Position numbers and translations under genes: made by a program
In this document: piece by piece, positions 18,449 to 28,404 of the stretch
Numbering within the stretch: the stretch's first letter is position 1
How the letters are laid out: the number at the start of each line of letters is the position of its first letter
The notes under the pieces: model-generated
Seen by the model: the letters and a program-made list of their open reading frames with translations, nothing else
What the model was told of the DNA's origin: nothing
The model's database searches: none
Origin: an uncultured delta proteobacterium
GTDB taxonomy: Bacteria; Desulfobacterota; BSN033; UBA1163
Assembly: GCA_963731045.1 (NCBI GenBank)
Contig: CAVSVC010000015.1
Coordinates: 27,235-91,234, forward strand
Direction: 5' to 3'
Length of the DNA stretch: 64,000 bases

Positions 18449-19690
18449 ATGAAGAAAAGATCCGGTTTGTTGTTCCTGGTGATGGTTTTCGTTCTTGTTT
18501 CTTTGCCATGTTTGATCTACGCACAGGCTGCCAAGAAACCGGCGGCTGAGTTGAAGAGCCTGAAGATCGGTGTCATCAGCGCCCAGAGCGGACCGATTGC
18601 CTACTTCGGGATGAGCGTGCTCCGGGGAGCGGAGACAGCGATCAAGAACATCAATGCGAAGGGGACCACGGGAAACGGGCCCGGGATCCTGGTAGGAAAC
18701 CAGCGCTACAAGCTGGAGATCGCCAATTATGACGATTCCGGAGACCCGGCAAAAAGTGTCGCCGGGATGAGGAAGCTTGCAGACTTGTACAAAGTTCCCG
18801 TCGTCTTGGGGCCCTTTGGGACGCCTCAGGTCTGGGCTTGCCAGGAGGTGAACACCCAGCTTGGAATCCTCTTCAATGGGATGTCGACCTCGGACCAGTC
18901 CCGAAAGAAAGGAAACGCTCTCTACATTCAGGAGCGCGTACCCGGTCTTCACTACGGGGAACCGATGGCTCAGGCCTGCTTCGACAAAGGCCTCCGGAAG
19001 GCCTGTGTGCTTACGGACATCAACGAGGCCTTCATGTCGTGGGGGAAGAAATTCAAAGAGAAATTTGAAGCCCTGGGGGGGCAGGTTCTTGCCTTCGAGT
19101 CGGTCGATATCAAGAACACGACGGATTATCACTCCGTGATGACGAGTTTCAAGGCCAAGAATCCGGATATGATCTTTATCTCCTGCTACGAAGAGCCGGG
19201 CGCCCTTGCCGCGACCCATGCCATGGATGTCGGTTACAAAGGGACGTTCCTGTTTACGTCGGAATGGGGTGCCAAGGCCGAAAAGATCGTCGGCCTTGAC
19301 AAGATTCAGGGCTCCCTGGTTCAGGCGATGAACTACACCTATTACAGAAAATACCCCGACCAGGACAAGAGAGGGGTCTTCACCGCTTTCCACAAGCAGT
19401 ACATGGACACCTACAAAGAGGAGTACGGACAGCCGGCAACGAGTATTTATGATCCGACATGGATGTTCGCCAGGGCCATGGAGATTTCGGGCAGCGTCAC
19501 CGATGCCCGCGCCATCCGGGCGGCCTGTCCGAAGGCCCTTCAGGAGGGAAAGCTTCCTCTGATCTACCCCAACAATGACGTGCTGAAGAATGGTTTGATG
19601 TATGGAGCCCCGGAACTCCTGCTGGAGGTCAAAGGAAACGGATACAGCCTGCTCAAAGAACTGAAGGTGGCAAGAGAAGTGTTGGAATAG
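18449..19690 (+). CDS. HAAT/branched-chain-type ABC transporter substrate-binding protein
   Basis: signal peptide; KIGVISAQSGPIA, YDD and YD motifs; precedes liv-type permeases. Confidence 0.87.
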   Translation: MKKRSGLLFLVMVFVLVSLPCLIYAQAAKKPAAELKSLKIGVISAQSGPIAYFGMSVLRGAETAIKNINAKGTTGNGPGILVGNQRYKLEIANYDDSGDPAKSVAGMRKLADLYKVPVVLGPFGTPQVWACQEVNTQLGILFNGMSTSDQSRKKGNALYIQERVPGLHYGEPMAQACFDKGLRKACVLTDINEAFMSWGKKFKEKFEALGGQVLAFESVDIKNTTDYHSVMTSFKAKNPDMIFISCYEEPGALAATHAMDVGYKGTFLFTSEWGAKAEKIVGLDKIQGSLVQAMNYTYYRKYPDQDKRGVFTAFHKQYMDTYKEEYGQPATSIYDPTWMFARAMEISGSVTDARAIRAACPKALQEGKLPLIYPNNDVLKNGLMYGAPELLLEVKGNGYSLLKELKVAREVLE

Positions 19691-19717
19691 ACGGTTAAGG
19701 TGATCGTCAGTCTTTGC

Positions 19718-19750
19718 TCGGCCTGGTGAAAGAGTCTCTCACCAGGCCGA
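19718..19750 (+). terminator. hairpin after the SBP gene
   Basis: TCGGCCTGGTGA...TCACCAGGCCGA stem. Confidence 0.55.
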
Positions 19751-19794
19751 ATAATCTTAAATCCTCTTTATTGAATCTATAGGAAGCGAGGAAT

Positions 19795-20673
19795 TTGCCA
19801 CGACGGAATTAGGACAATATCTGCTGAACGGGATCTCCCAGGGATGTGTCTATATCCTTCTGGCCTCCGGACTGACCCTGGTTTTTGGTATCCTGAACGT
19901 GCCCAATTTTGCCCAGGGCCACCTCTACATGGTTGCGGCGTATCTGGGTTTTTACATGGTCATGTCCTTTGGCATGAACTACTGGCTGGCCTTGGTCCTG
20001 TCGACCCTTGCCCTGGGCGTCTTCGGGCAGATCATCTACAGTCTCGTCTTTCATCGCATGCGGAAGGCGCCGGAGGTCAACCTCTTTGTCGCCGCCATGG
20101 CACTCCTCATGATTCTCGAAGGGATTGCGCTCTATTTTTTCGGCACGTCAACGAAATGGTTCATTATTCCTTACACCCGGAATGTTCTTACCTTTGGCGG
20201 CCTGGCCATTCCCCTGCAGCGTCTCATCGTCATTCTGGGGACCCTTGTCGTCATGGTGCTGTTGCAGCTCTTTATCAAGAAGAACCACGATTGGAGCTGC
20301 CCTGGAGGCGACCGCCCAGCATCGGGAGGGGGCGATGCTCTGCGGTATCAAGGTGACCCGGATTTCCGCCATGGCCTTTATCATCGGCACAGGGCTGGCC
20401 GGCATCGCGGGGATGCTCATCGGGCCCGCGGTCCTCTTAGAGCCTACGATGGGAATGGGACCGTTGCTTGTGGCATTTTCCGCAATCGTTTTCGGAGGCC
20501 TGGGGAGCATCGGCGGAGCGGTCCTGGGCGCTTTTATTCTTGGCCTGGTGGAGAGCCTTGCCTCGGGATACGTAAGCGCCAAGTACAGTCTGACCTTTGT
20601 CTTTGGAATCATGATTCTGATGCTGCTGTTTCGACCTAAAGGGTTGCTGGGCAAGGAGGTATGGAGACCATAG
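19795..20673 (+). CDS. livH: LivH-type ABC permease (start uncertain; frameshift near 20283)
   Basis: NGISQGCVYILLASGLTLVFG..NFAQG, GGLGS and LFRPKGL motifs across two frames. Confidence 0.85.
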
Positions 20674-21659
20674 AAAAACGGTCCTATTCGAAAACGGTTG
20701 CGTGGCTTCTCGTTCTGATCCTGGCCATTCTGGTCCCGCCCCTTGTGGGAGGATACCTGACGAGCATGCTCATCTTGATCGCCATCTGGACGATCATGTG
20801 CTTCAGCATGAACCTGATTTACGGGTATACCGGACAACTCTCCCTGGGCCATGCCGCTTTCTTGGGGATCGGCGCCTACGCCTTCAGCCTCATGACCGTG
20901 AAACTTCATGTTGGATTCTGGCCGGCCTTCGTGATCGCCATCGGTTTCACGGGACTCTTGGCGTTTCTGATCGGCATCCCGGCCCTCAAATTGAGGGGCC
21001 CTTATTTCATCCTGGTCACCCTCGGGTTCGCCGTGATCGTGGGTGTCGTCGTCCTCGCCTGGATCGACCTCACCGGCGGGGCGAATGGATTGGCCGGCGT
21101 TCCCAGGCCCACCCCCATCCCGCTCCCCTGGGGCGGCAAGTTACGCTTCGACTCTCTCCTTTCCATGTACTATTTTACCCTCTTTTTCCTCGTACTCATC
21201 GGCCTTTTCAGCCACAGGTTGGTTCACTCTCTGGTGGGGAAGAAGTTCATCGCCATTTCGTACAATGAGAACCTGACCGAGTCGCTGGGCATCAATACCA
21301 TGTCCCAGAAGCTGCTCAGCTTTACGATCAGTGCCATGCTGGCGGGGGTAGCCGGAGTGCTCTATGCGTCGTACAATGTGGTGATCAGTCCGGAGGTGGC
21401 GCACTTCGCCAGAGGGATGGACGTCGTGGCTTATCTCATCGTGGGGGGAGCGGGCACGATGGCCGGGCCCATTGTCGGCACGCTGGTTCTGATGGCCATT
21501 CCCGAGGTCCTTCAGGTCATGCCTTATCTGAAGACCCTGATTAACGGGGTCATTCTGATGCTGTTTATCATCTTCCTTCCGAATGGGATGACAGGCTGGT
21601 GGAGCACGATGTCGAAAAGGCTCCTGAAATCGAGGAGGGTGGCCGATGGCCCTGCTTGA
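20661..21659 (+). CDS. livM: LivM-type ABC permease
   Basis: GYTGQLSLGHAAF, LRGPYF and TGG motifs. Confidence 0.9.
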   Translation: METIEKRSYSKTVAWLLVLILAILVPPLVGGYLTSMLILIAIWTIMCFSMNLIYGYTGQLSLGHAAFLGIGAYAFSLMTVKLHVGFWPAFVIAIGFTGLLAFLIGIPALKLRGPYFILVTLGFAVIVGVVVLAWIDLTGGANGLAGVPRPTPIPLPWGGKLRFDSLLSMYYFTLFFLVLIGLFSHRLVHSLVGKKFIAISYNENLTESLGINTMSQKLLSFTISAMLAGVAGVLYASYNVVISPEVAHFARGMDVVAYLIVGGAGTMAGPIVGTLVLMAIPEVLQVMPYLKTLINGVILMLFIIFLPNGMTGWWSTMSKRLLKSRRVADGPA

Positions 21660-22413
21660 CGTTTCGGGTTTGACCAAGGCCTTTGGAGGGCTGACCGCCG
21701 TATCCGGACTGAGTTTTTCCATTGAGCCGGGGGAACTCCTCAGCATCATCGGACCGAACGGCGCCGGGAAGACGACCCTGTTCAATCTTCTGACCGGATT
21801 CTACAAACCCACGTCCGGAACCGTTACCTTCAACGGCAAGAATATCACGGGATGCAAGCCGTACCAGGTGACCCGCCACGGGATGGGCCGGACCTTCCAG
21901 ATGACCAGCATCTTCAAACAGAGTACTGTTCTGGAGAATGTCCTCATCGGCCGGGCACTCCATGCGAGGGTGGGGGTCTGCGGATCGGTCCTCAGGACGG
22001 CGGCAAGCTGCCGGGAGGAGAAGAAGGCCCTGGAGAAGGCGAGAGAGATCCTTGCTTTTGTAGGTCTGGCGGAGAGGGAAGGCAGGATCGCCGACAGCCT
22101 TACCGAGGAAGCCCAGAAGAGGCTCTCCATTTCGATGGCACTGGCAACGGAGCCCAGGTTGCTGCTTCTTGACGAGCCTACAGGGGGAGTGAATCTGGAC
22201 GAGATCAGCGGGCTCATCGAACTGGTCGGTAAGATACGGAAACTGGGTACAGGCATCTGCCTGATCGAGCATAAGATGAGGATGGTGATGAGCATCTCGG
22301 ATCGCATCATCGTTCTCAATTATGGGAAGAAAATCGCCGAGGGGACGCCCAAGGAAGTGGCCGGCAATGACGAGGTGATCAAGGCCTATCTGGGGGCCAG
22401 GTATGCTGCTTAA
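21646..22413 (+). CDS. livG: LivG-type ABC ATPase
   Basis: GPNGAGKTT, RTFQ, LLDEP, IEH, AYLG. Confidence 0.92.
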   Translation: MALLDVSGLTKAFGGLTAVSGLSFSIEPGELLSIIGPNGAGKTTLFNLLTGFYKPTSGTVTFNGKNITGCKPYQVTRHGMGRTFQMTSIFKQSTVLENVLIGRALHARVGVCGSVLRTAASCREEKKALEKAREILAFVGLAEREGRIADSLTEEAQKRLSISMALATEPRLLLLDEPTGGVNLDEISGLIELVGKIRKLGTGICLIEHKMRMVMSISDRIIVLNYGKKIAEGTPKEVAGNDEVIKAYLGARYAA

Positions 22414-23114
22414 GGTAGAAGGGATTCATACGTTCTATGGTACGTTCGAGGCATTGAGAGGGGTCTCTCTGGAGGTCAATCCCGGGGAAGTCGTGACGAT
22501 CCTGGGCGCCAACGGCGCAGGGAAAAGTACCTTGTTGAGAACGATCTCGGGGCTGATCCGGCCTGCCTCGGGAAGTATCCATTACAACGGCGAGCGAATC
22601 AACGAGATTGCCCCGGATGCTATCGTGAAGCTTGGCATCTCGCACTGTCCGGAGGGAAGAATGCTCTTTCCGGAAATGGCGGTCTCAAAGAATCTGGAAC
22701 TGGGTGCCTATGTCCGGAGAAAAGACCGCAGCCAGACGGAGAAGATGAGGCAGGAGGTGTACGATCTCTTTCCCATTGTGAAGGAGAGAAAGAAGCAGAT
22801 GGCCGGGACTCTCTCTGGTGGGGAACAGCAGATGCTGGCGATTGGCAGGGCGCTGATGTCGGGTCCCCAATTGCTCATGCTCGATGAACCCTCCCTGGGG
22901 CTGGCGCCCCTTGTGGTGATGAACATTATGGATACCCTGCTCAGGAGTCAAACAGCGGGGAATGTCTATCCTGCTGGTCGAGCAGAACGCCGCCGAGTCT
23001 TTGCGAATTGCCGACCGCGGCTATGTCCTCGAGACGGGCGCGGTGGTTGTTTCCGGCAAAGGCGATGCCCTGATGAACGATGAAAAGGTAAGGCAATCCT
23101 ATCTGGGAGCGTAG
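22403..23114 (+). CDS. livF: LivF-type ABC ATPase (frameshift near 22945)
   Basis: GANGAGKST, LSGGEQQM, DEPSLGL; LVEQN...YVLETG...SYLGA* in the shifted frame. Confidence 0.9.
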
Positions 23115-23264
23115 CAGGCTGCTGAAAAACGCCCATCTGCGGCGTTGCCCTCACCCTTCGTCGCGTTGCGGCACCTTAAGGTACCAACCGGTACGGTACC
23201 TTAAGGTACCTCACTCCTCAGGATTTCGGGGCGCCTTGCATCTGGGCATTTTTGAGCAGCCTGC
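23114..23264. mobile_element. non-autonomous MITE-like element with ~27-bp imperfect terminal inverted repeats
   Basis: GCAGGCTGCTGAAAAACGCCCATCTGC ... GCATCTGGGCATTTTTGAGCAGCCTGC; internal palindrome GGTACCTTAAGGTACC. Confidence 0.7.
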
Positions 23265-23319
23265 GAAAAATGACTTTTTCATGTTCACTGCTGGTTGAAA
23301 GGGAATTCTCAAGGAGATC

Positions 23320-25324
23320 ATGATGGGAGAATTCAGCAAGCATCTATTCGGGTCGGTGAAGATCGGTAGGGTGGAAATCAAGAACAGGATCGCCCTGGCG
23401 CCCATGGGGTTGGGGAGCATTTCTGTGAATCGGGACGGGAGTCTTGGACCCCGGGGTGTCGATTATTATATCGAACGCGTCCGCGGCGGCGTGGGACTGA
23501 TCATCACCCATGCCTGCAAGGTCGAAAACGAAGTTGATCCACTGAAGGAGGGAACGGGGTTTCCACTCGTGACCTACAAGGCCGCGGCTGCCTTTGCGGA
23601 GCTTGCCGAGGCTGCCCATGCCTTCGGGACAAAGATCTTTGTTCAGCTTTCGGCGGGATTTGGCCGCACCGGCCATCCGCACATCCTGCGCAAGAGGCCC
23701 GTGTCCGCCTCGGCTCTTCCCAACTACTGGGATTCCACCATCACCTGCAGGGAGGCAACGACGGAAGAGGTTGAGGGTCTTGTCAAGGCCTTCGGACCAG
23801 CAGCAGAGATCCTGGCGGGGGCCGGCATTGACGGAATCGAGCTCCACGGCCACGAAGGCTATCTTTTCGATCAATTCACTACCGCTATCTGGAATCGCAG
23901 GACGGATAAATACGGCGGAGACCTCGCCGGACGGCTGACCTTTCCACTTGAGGTCCTGAGGGAAATCAAGAAGCATCTCGGCAAGGATTTTCCCGTCCAG
24001 TACCGGTTCGGCCTGAAACACTACATCAAGGGCCTTCAGTCAGGGGCTGTGCCGGGCGAAAAATTTGTGGAGGCGGGGCGTGATGTCGAGGAAGGGCTGA
24101 AGATGGCCCGGATGCTGGAAGAGGCGGGTTTCGATGCCCTCCATGTGGATGCCGGCTGCTACGACAGCTGGTACTGGCCCCATCCCCCGGGATATCAGAA
24201 GTACGGTTGCATGGTCGACATGGCCGAAGAGGCAAAGAAGGTTGTCAAAATTCCCGTGATTGCAGTCGGGAGGCTCGATCTCCCGGAACTTGCCGGCAAG
24301 GTGATCGCAGAGGGCAAGGCCGACCTGGTTGCAGTCGGCAGAGGGTTTCTGGCTGATCCGTTCTGGGCAAAGAAGACGGAGGAAAGCCGGGAGAAGCATA
24401 TCCGTCCCTGCATCGGTTGCCACGACGGGTGCATGGGGAGGCTCCAAGTTGGAAAGCCTACGTCCTGCGCCGTCAACCCTTCGAGCGGCCGAGAAAGGGA
24501 TTATGCCCTACAGTGCGTTTACAAGCCCAGGACCGTGATGGTGATCGGAGGCGGGGTCGCCGGCATGGAGGCAGCCAGGGTGGCTGTGCTGAGAGGCCAC
24601 AAGGTTGCGGTTTATGAGAAGAGCGATCAGCTTGGCGGTCACGTGATCGAAGCGGCAGCCATGCCTTTCAAGGGGGGAGAGCAGAGACTCATCGAGTGGT
24701 ACAAGACCGAACTTGCGGATCTCAAGGTTGAGATTCATTTCAAAACAGAGGTAACCCCGGAGTTCGTTCGGGAGAAGAAGCCGGAGGCTGTCATTGTTGC
24801 AACAGGATCACGGCCCATCCGGTTGAGGGTACCGGGAGCCGAGAGGCAGAACGTGGTTATGGCCGGCGATTTTCTGATCGGGAGACGGGCAGTGCAGGAA
24901 AGAAGTCGTTGTCATCGGCGGCGGTCAGGTGGGATGCGAAACAGCCGTATGGCTGGCTCAGCAGGGGAAAGAAGTCACCGTCGTGGAAAAACTGCCCGAG
25001 CTTCTGATCGGAGCCCGGCCCATCCCGTGGATGAACCGGAAGATGCTTCTCGATCTTCTCGAATTCCACAAGGTCAAGGTGATGACCAACCTCAGCCTTT
25101 TTGAGGTGAATGGCGAAGGGGCCGTGGTCATCGACAGGGATTTCAGGAAGTCTACGATTGCCGCAGAGACGATCATCATGGCTGTGGGATTGGAGCCCGA
25201 CCAGGGGATTTACCGTCAGCTCAAGGGGCAGACGACCGACCTCTTTCTTATCGGCGATGCGAGAGAGGCCAAGAACATCATGAACGCCATCTGGGACGCC
25301 TATGAAGTGGCAAGAGCCATTTGA
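23320..25324 (+). CDS. old-yellow-enzyme family FMN/FAD/4Fe-4S oxidoreductase (2-enoate reductase-like); frameshift near 24890
   Basis: KNRIALAPM, ELHGHEGYLFDQF, RTDKYGG, CIGCHDGC..CAVN, two GGG dinucleotide-binding motifs, IGDA. Confidence 0.88.
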
Positions 25325-25337
25325 TTCCAGAAAAGAA

Positions 25338-25434
25338 CCAGTAATCAGTGACCAGTGATCAGTGATCAGTAAACTAACATAGAAAGCAGAAAGACAGAAC
25401 AGAGTGACCAGTTATCAGTAATCAGTGAACAGTA
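25338..25434. repeat. degenerate 7-bp tandem repeats (CAGT[A/G]A[T/C])
   Basis: accagtaatcagtgaccagtgatcagtgatcagtaa and gaccagttatcagtaatcagtgaacagtaa. Confidence 0.7.
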
Positions 25435-25486
25435 AGCAAAACTGAGAAGTTAAACTCAAAACTAATACCTGTTGCCTTTACTAAGG

Positions 25487-25616
25487 AGTCCATAATTGAA
25501 AAGACATATTCTCTCCGTTTGCCCTGAGCTTGTCGAAGGGCGCCTTGCTACGCCGTTCGTGCTTCGACAGGCTCAGCACGAACGGGTTGTTATCAGTGTC
25601 TATACAATTATGGACT
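25487..25616. mobile_element. MITE-like element enclosing a CTGAGC..GTCGAAG/CTTCGAC..GCTCAG REP-type pair
   Basis: terminal IR AGTCCATAATTGAAAAGACA / TGTCTATACAATTATGGACT (18/20 match). Confidence 0.65.
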
Positions 25617-25630
25617 GATTCGTACCTTGA

Positions 25631-25676
25631 AACCCGTAACCCGAAACCTGCAACTCGTAACGCGCAACCCGTAACC
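25631..25676. repeat. degenerate 7-bp tandem repeats (AACCCGT-like)
   Basis: aacccgt aacccga aacctgc aactcgt aacgcgc aacccgt aacc. Confidence 0.7.
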
Positions 25677-25686
25677 GGTGCAACTT

Positions 25687-26097
25687 ATGAAGAAAAAAAC
25701 ATACCCTCTCTCTTATGCCGGAAAGAAACAGAGATTCGCCCGGTCCGTTGTGGTGGGAAACGTCATCTTCGTCTCAGGCTCCAGCGGCCGGACGATTGAG
25801 ACCGGCGAGGTTTCCTCCGACGACGTGAAAGAGCAGACCCGGGTCGCCCTCGACAAGATCAAGTTGGCGCTGGAAGAAGCCGGAAGCGGGCTCGACCAGA
25901 TTGCAAAGATAACGATCTATCTCCGGAACATGACCGACTACCAGGCCATGCGGGACGCGGAGCTGGAGTATTATCAGAAGCACTGCCCCAGCCTCGTCGA
26001 AGAGCCGCCGGCCAGCACGGTCGTTCAGGTCGTTTCCCTGTCCAAGCCGAACATGCTCGTAGAATTCGACGTCATCGCAGCCCTGCCGAGTTCGTAG
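25687..26097 (+). CDS. RidA/YjgF family protein
   Basis: IFVSG, EQT..ALDKIKLALEEAG, PPAST, LVEFD; the catalytic Arg position reads PAST rather than PART. Confidence 0.85.
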   Translation: MKKKTYPLSYAGKKQRFARSVVVGNVIFVSGSSGRTIETGEVSSDDVKEQTRVALDKIKLALEEAGSGLDQIAKITIYLRNMTDYQAMRDAELEYYQKHCPSLVEEPPASTVVQVVSLSKPNMLVEFDVIAALPSS

Positions 26098-26133
26098 CCC
26101 CTTCAGGTCTTGGGAGAGAACTAATTTCTGATT

Positions 26134-26170
26134 CCCTCTCCCCTGGCGGGAGAGGGCAAGGGTGAGGGGG
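26134..26170. repeat. REP-like element (CCCTCTCCC...GGGAGAGGG..GGGTGAGGG class)
   Basis: ccctctcccctggcgggagagggcaagggtgaggggg. Confidence 0.6.
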
Positions 26171-26299
26171 CCATGTCATTACCATGGTGAGTCCCTTTAT
26201 ACCTGGCTCAACTTCAATGTTGTGATAAGTCGAACCTATCTTAAAGTGGAGTTTCATTTAGGTTGGAGACGGGTGGTCTGTCCAATACTTTCTTGAAGA

Positions 26300-27430
26300 T
26301 CAGGCTTCCAGCGTTGACAGCCACCGTCCGGCAGCAACAACAGATACGCCGTTGGCACTCTCCTCCTGCCTCAAGTTCTGCACGAGCTGAAAAGCGACGA
26401 CATCGGGCATCTTCCCGTGAAAGTAATTCAGATTGGGTGAGGGCTTGTTCTCCTGTCAGTTTGACTTCGAGGAGTGTGGTTATCCGTTCTTCTTTGCAAA
26501 TGGCGAAATCGACTTCCCGACCGTCTCTGGTTCTGACATAACGAAGAGAAAGATCCTGACCTGCCGTATCCTGAAGATACTGAACATGCTTCAAGAGGCA
26601 GACGGCACACGTGTTTTCCAGCTTCAACCCTTCGTCGCCCTTCACATAGCCGCTGTCAAAGAAGTAAGCTTTCGGCTCTTTCAACACTGCCCTGGCAATG
26701 TTGGCGTGAAAAGGTCGCACCAGAAAGATGATACAGAGGCTCTCCAGGATCTCAACATATTTCCGCACCGTATTCGGTGCGATCTGCAGGTCTTCCGCTA
26801 TGGAGTTGTAGGAAAGAGGAGACCCCACTCGTTCCCGCAGCAATTCGACGAGAAGACGAATGGCCTTGATCTCGTGAATCCTGCTGAATTCAAGAATATC
26901 CTCCCGTATGAGGTCCGTGTAATACTGATTGCGCCACCGCGCCGCTTCCGAATCAGACCCTGAAAGAAATGGCTCAGGAAAGCCGCCAAAACGGTTCAAG
27001 CAGACCCAGGGCTTCGTCGGGGGAAATCGAATCTCTGAGTTCCCTGACGGATATGGGATGCAAACGATATGGGAAATAGCGGCCGGCGAGAGATTCGCCG
27101 GTCTGGCGGAAGGTGTCGAGCCTTGCGCTGCCCGTGATCAGGATCGATTGTGCCGTAGTCCGGGTGTCATAGATCCCCTTGACGAACCTTTTCCAGTCTT
27201 TCATCTTGTGGATTTCATCCAGGACGAGCAGATCTGCGTCGTGGGACCAGGTTTGATCGCGAATAATTCGGGCATCGTCGAAATGATCATAATTCAGGTA
27301 CTGGGCATTCTTGAATTCCTTCATCAATTCCCTGGCCAGCCAGGTCTTGCCGACCTGCCGCGGGCCCGGTCAAAATGACCATTTTTTTGGCGAGATCCTT
27401 CTTTATCGGGTTATATAGGTAGCGGTCCAT
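26300..27430 (-). CDS. AAA_14 + DUF4143 ATPase (three frameshifts)
   Basis: MDRYL..., TGP(R)QVGKT, LDEIHK, TGSA, SLAGRY, GGFPE, KAYFFDSG, EN, EVDF and EVK motifs across the pieces. Confidence 0.85.
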
Positions 27431-27436
27431 TAAGAC

Positions 27437-27487
27437 TTTATAGCAACACTTTGCATAAAAGTCAAGACTATTTATGCAAAGTGTTGC
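27437..27487 (-). promoter_or_regulatory. sigma70 promoter with a perfect 17-bp inverted repeat straddling the -35 (candidate operator)
   Basis: GCAACACTTTGCATAAA-N11-TTTATGCAAAGTGTTGC; minus strand TTGACT-N17-TATAAA. Confidence 0.75.
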
Positions 27488-27516
27488 ATGGTGGTCTTGT
27501 TTGGACATGAAGGACA

Positions 27517-27760
27517 ATGAAACGAACGGTTGAGATCCTCATTGAAGGAGAGGGTTCTGAGACATGCCAAACGGAAAGCGATTGAAGAGGGTAGAGCCCT
27601 GAACGATCTGGTCCGGGATGCGATTGTGACCCATCTCTCTGCTGGCGCGTCCAGTCCTCAGATGCGGGAAAAGGCCTATCAGCTCTTCTGCGAACGACCG
27701 ATTCAGATCAACCGAAAACAATTCCAAAAGCTCCTCAACGATGACCCGTGGGCTGCATGA
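27517..27760 (+). CDS. ribbon-helix-helix antitoxin-like small protein (frameshift near 27545); no adjacent toxin
   Basis: VLRHAKRKAIEEGRALNDLVRDAI matches the RHH helix pattern. Confidence 0.5.
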
Positions 27761-27906
27761 GTCGTCGTGCCTCGTCTCTCCATCTATATTCCCCCCGGTG
27801 ATAGTGACCCAAGCAAAGTCAAAGCAAAGTCGTTGACTTAGAACGTTGATTATTATATTCTTCGCTGGTATAAGATGAAGGTAGAGGGTAAAAAAGGCAA
27901 GAACCG

Positions 27907-28404
27907 ATGCCCCGAATATTTGACAACATAGACCAGTCCATTCTCCCTGCCCTTCGAGGAACACTCGCATTATCTACACGCTCTGACTTCTGCGTGGGAT
28001 ACTTCAACCTCCGGGGATGGAAAACCATCGATGAGTTTATTGAAAAATGGTCCGGCGGACCGGATCACTGCTGTCGCCTGCTCGTTGGGATGCAGCGGCT
28101 TCCCCAGGAGGACCTCCACTCAGCCCTCAGCCTTCTGAAAACAGATGCGGGTATGGACAATCAAACTGCCACCCGCTTAAAGAAGAATTTGGCGGAGGAT
28201 TTCCGCCAACAACTGATGTTTGGCGCCCCGACAAATCAGGATGAGATCGGACTCCGGCGCCTGGCCTCACAGATTCGATCGAAAAAAGTCGTCGTAAAAT
28301 TGTTTCTCAGGCATCCTCTCCATGCAAAGCTCTATTTGCTCTTCCGTCCCGATCCCGTCAGCCCAACGGTTGGCTACCTTGGCAGCAGTAATCGGGGAGA
28401 CTGA
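27907..28404 (+). pseudogene. N-terminal fragment of a PLD-nuclease/helicase fusion of restriction-type defence loci
   Basis: MPRIFDNI, DFCVGYFNLRGW, LHAKLYL...GSSN, then an immediate stop. Confidence 0.75.

Noticed and set aside
25338-25676. Possible CRISPR array
   Set aside because: Repeats are 7-bp tandem units without unique spacers; no cas genes
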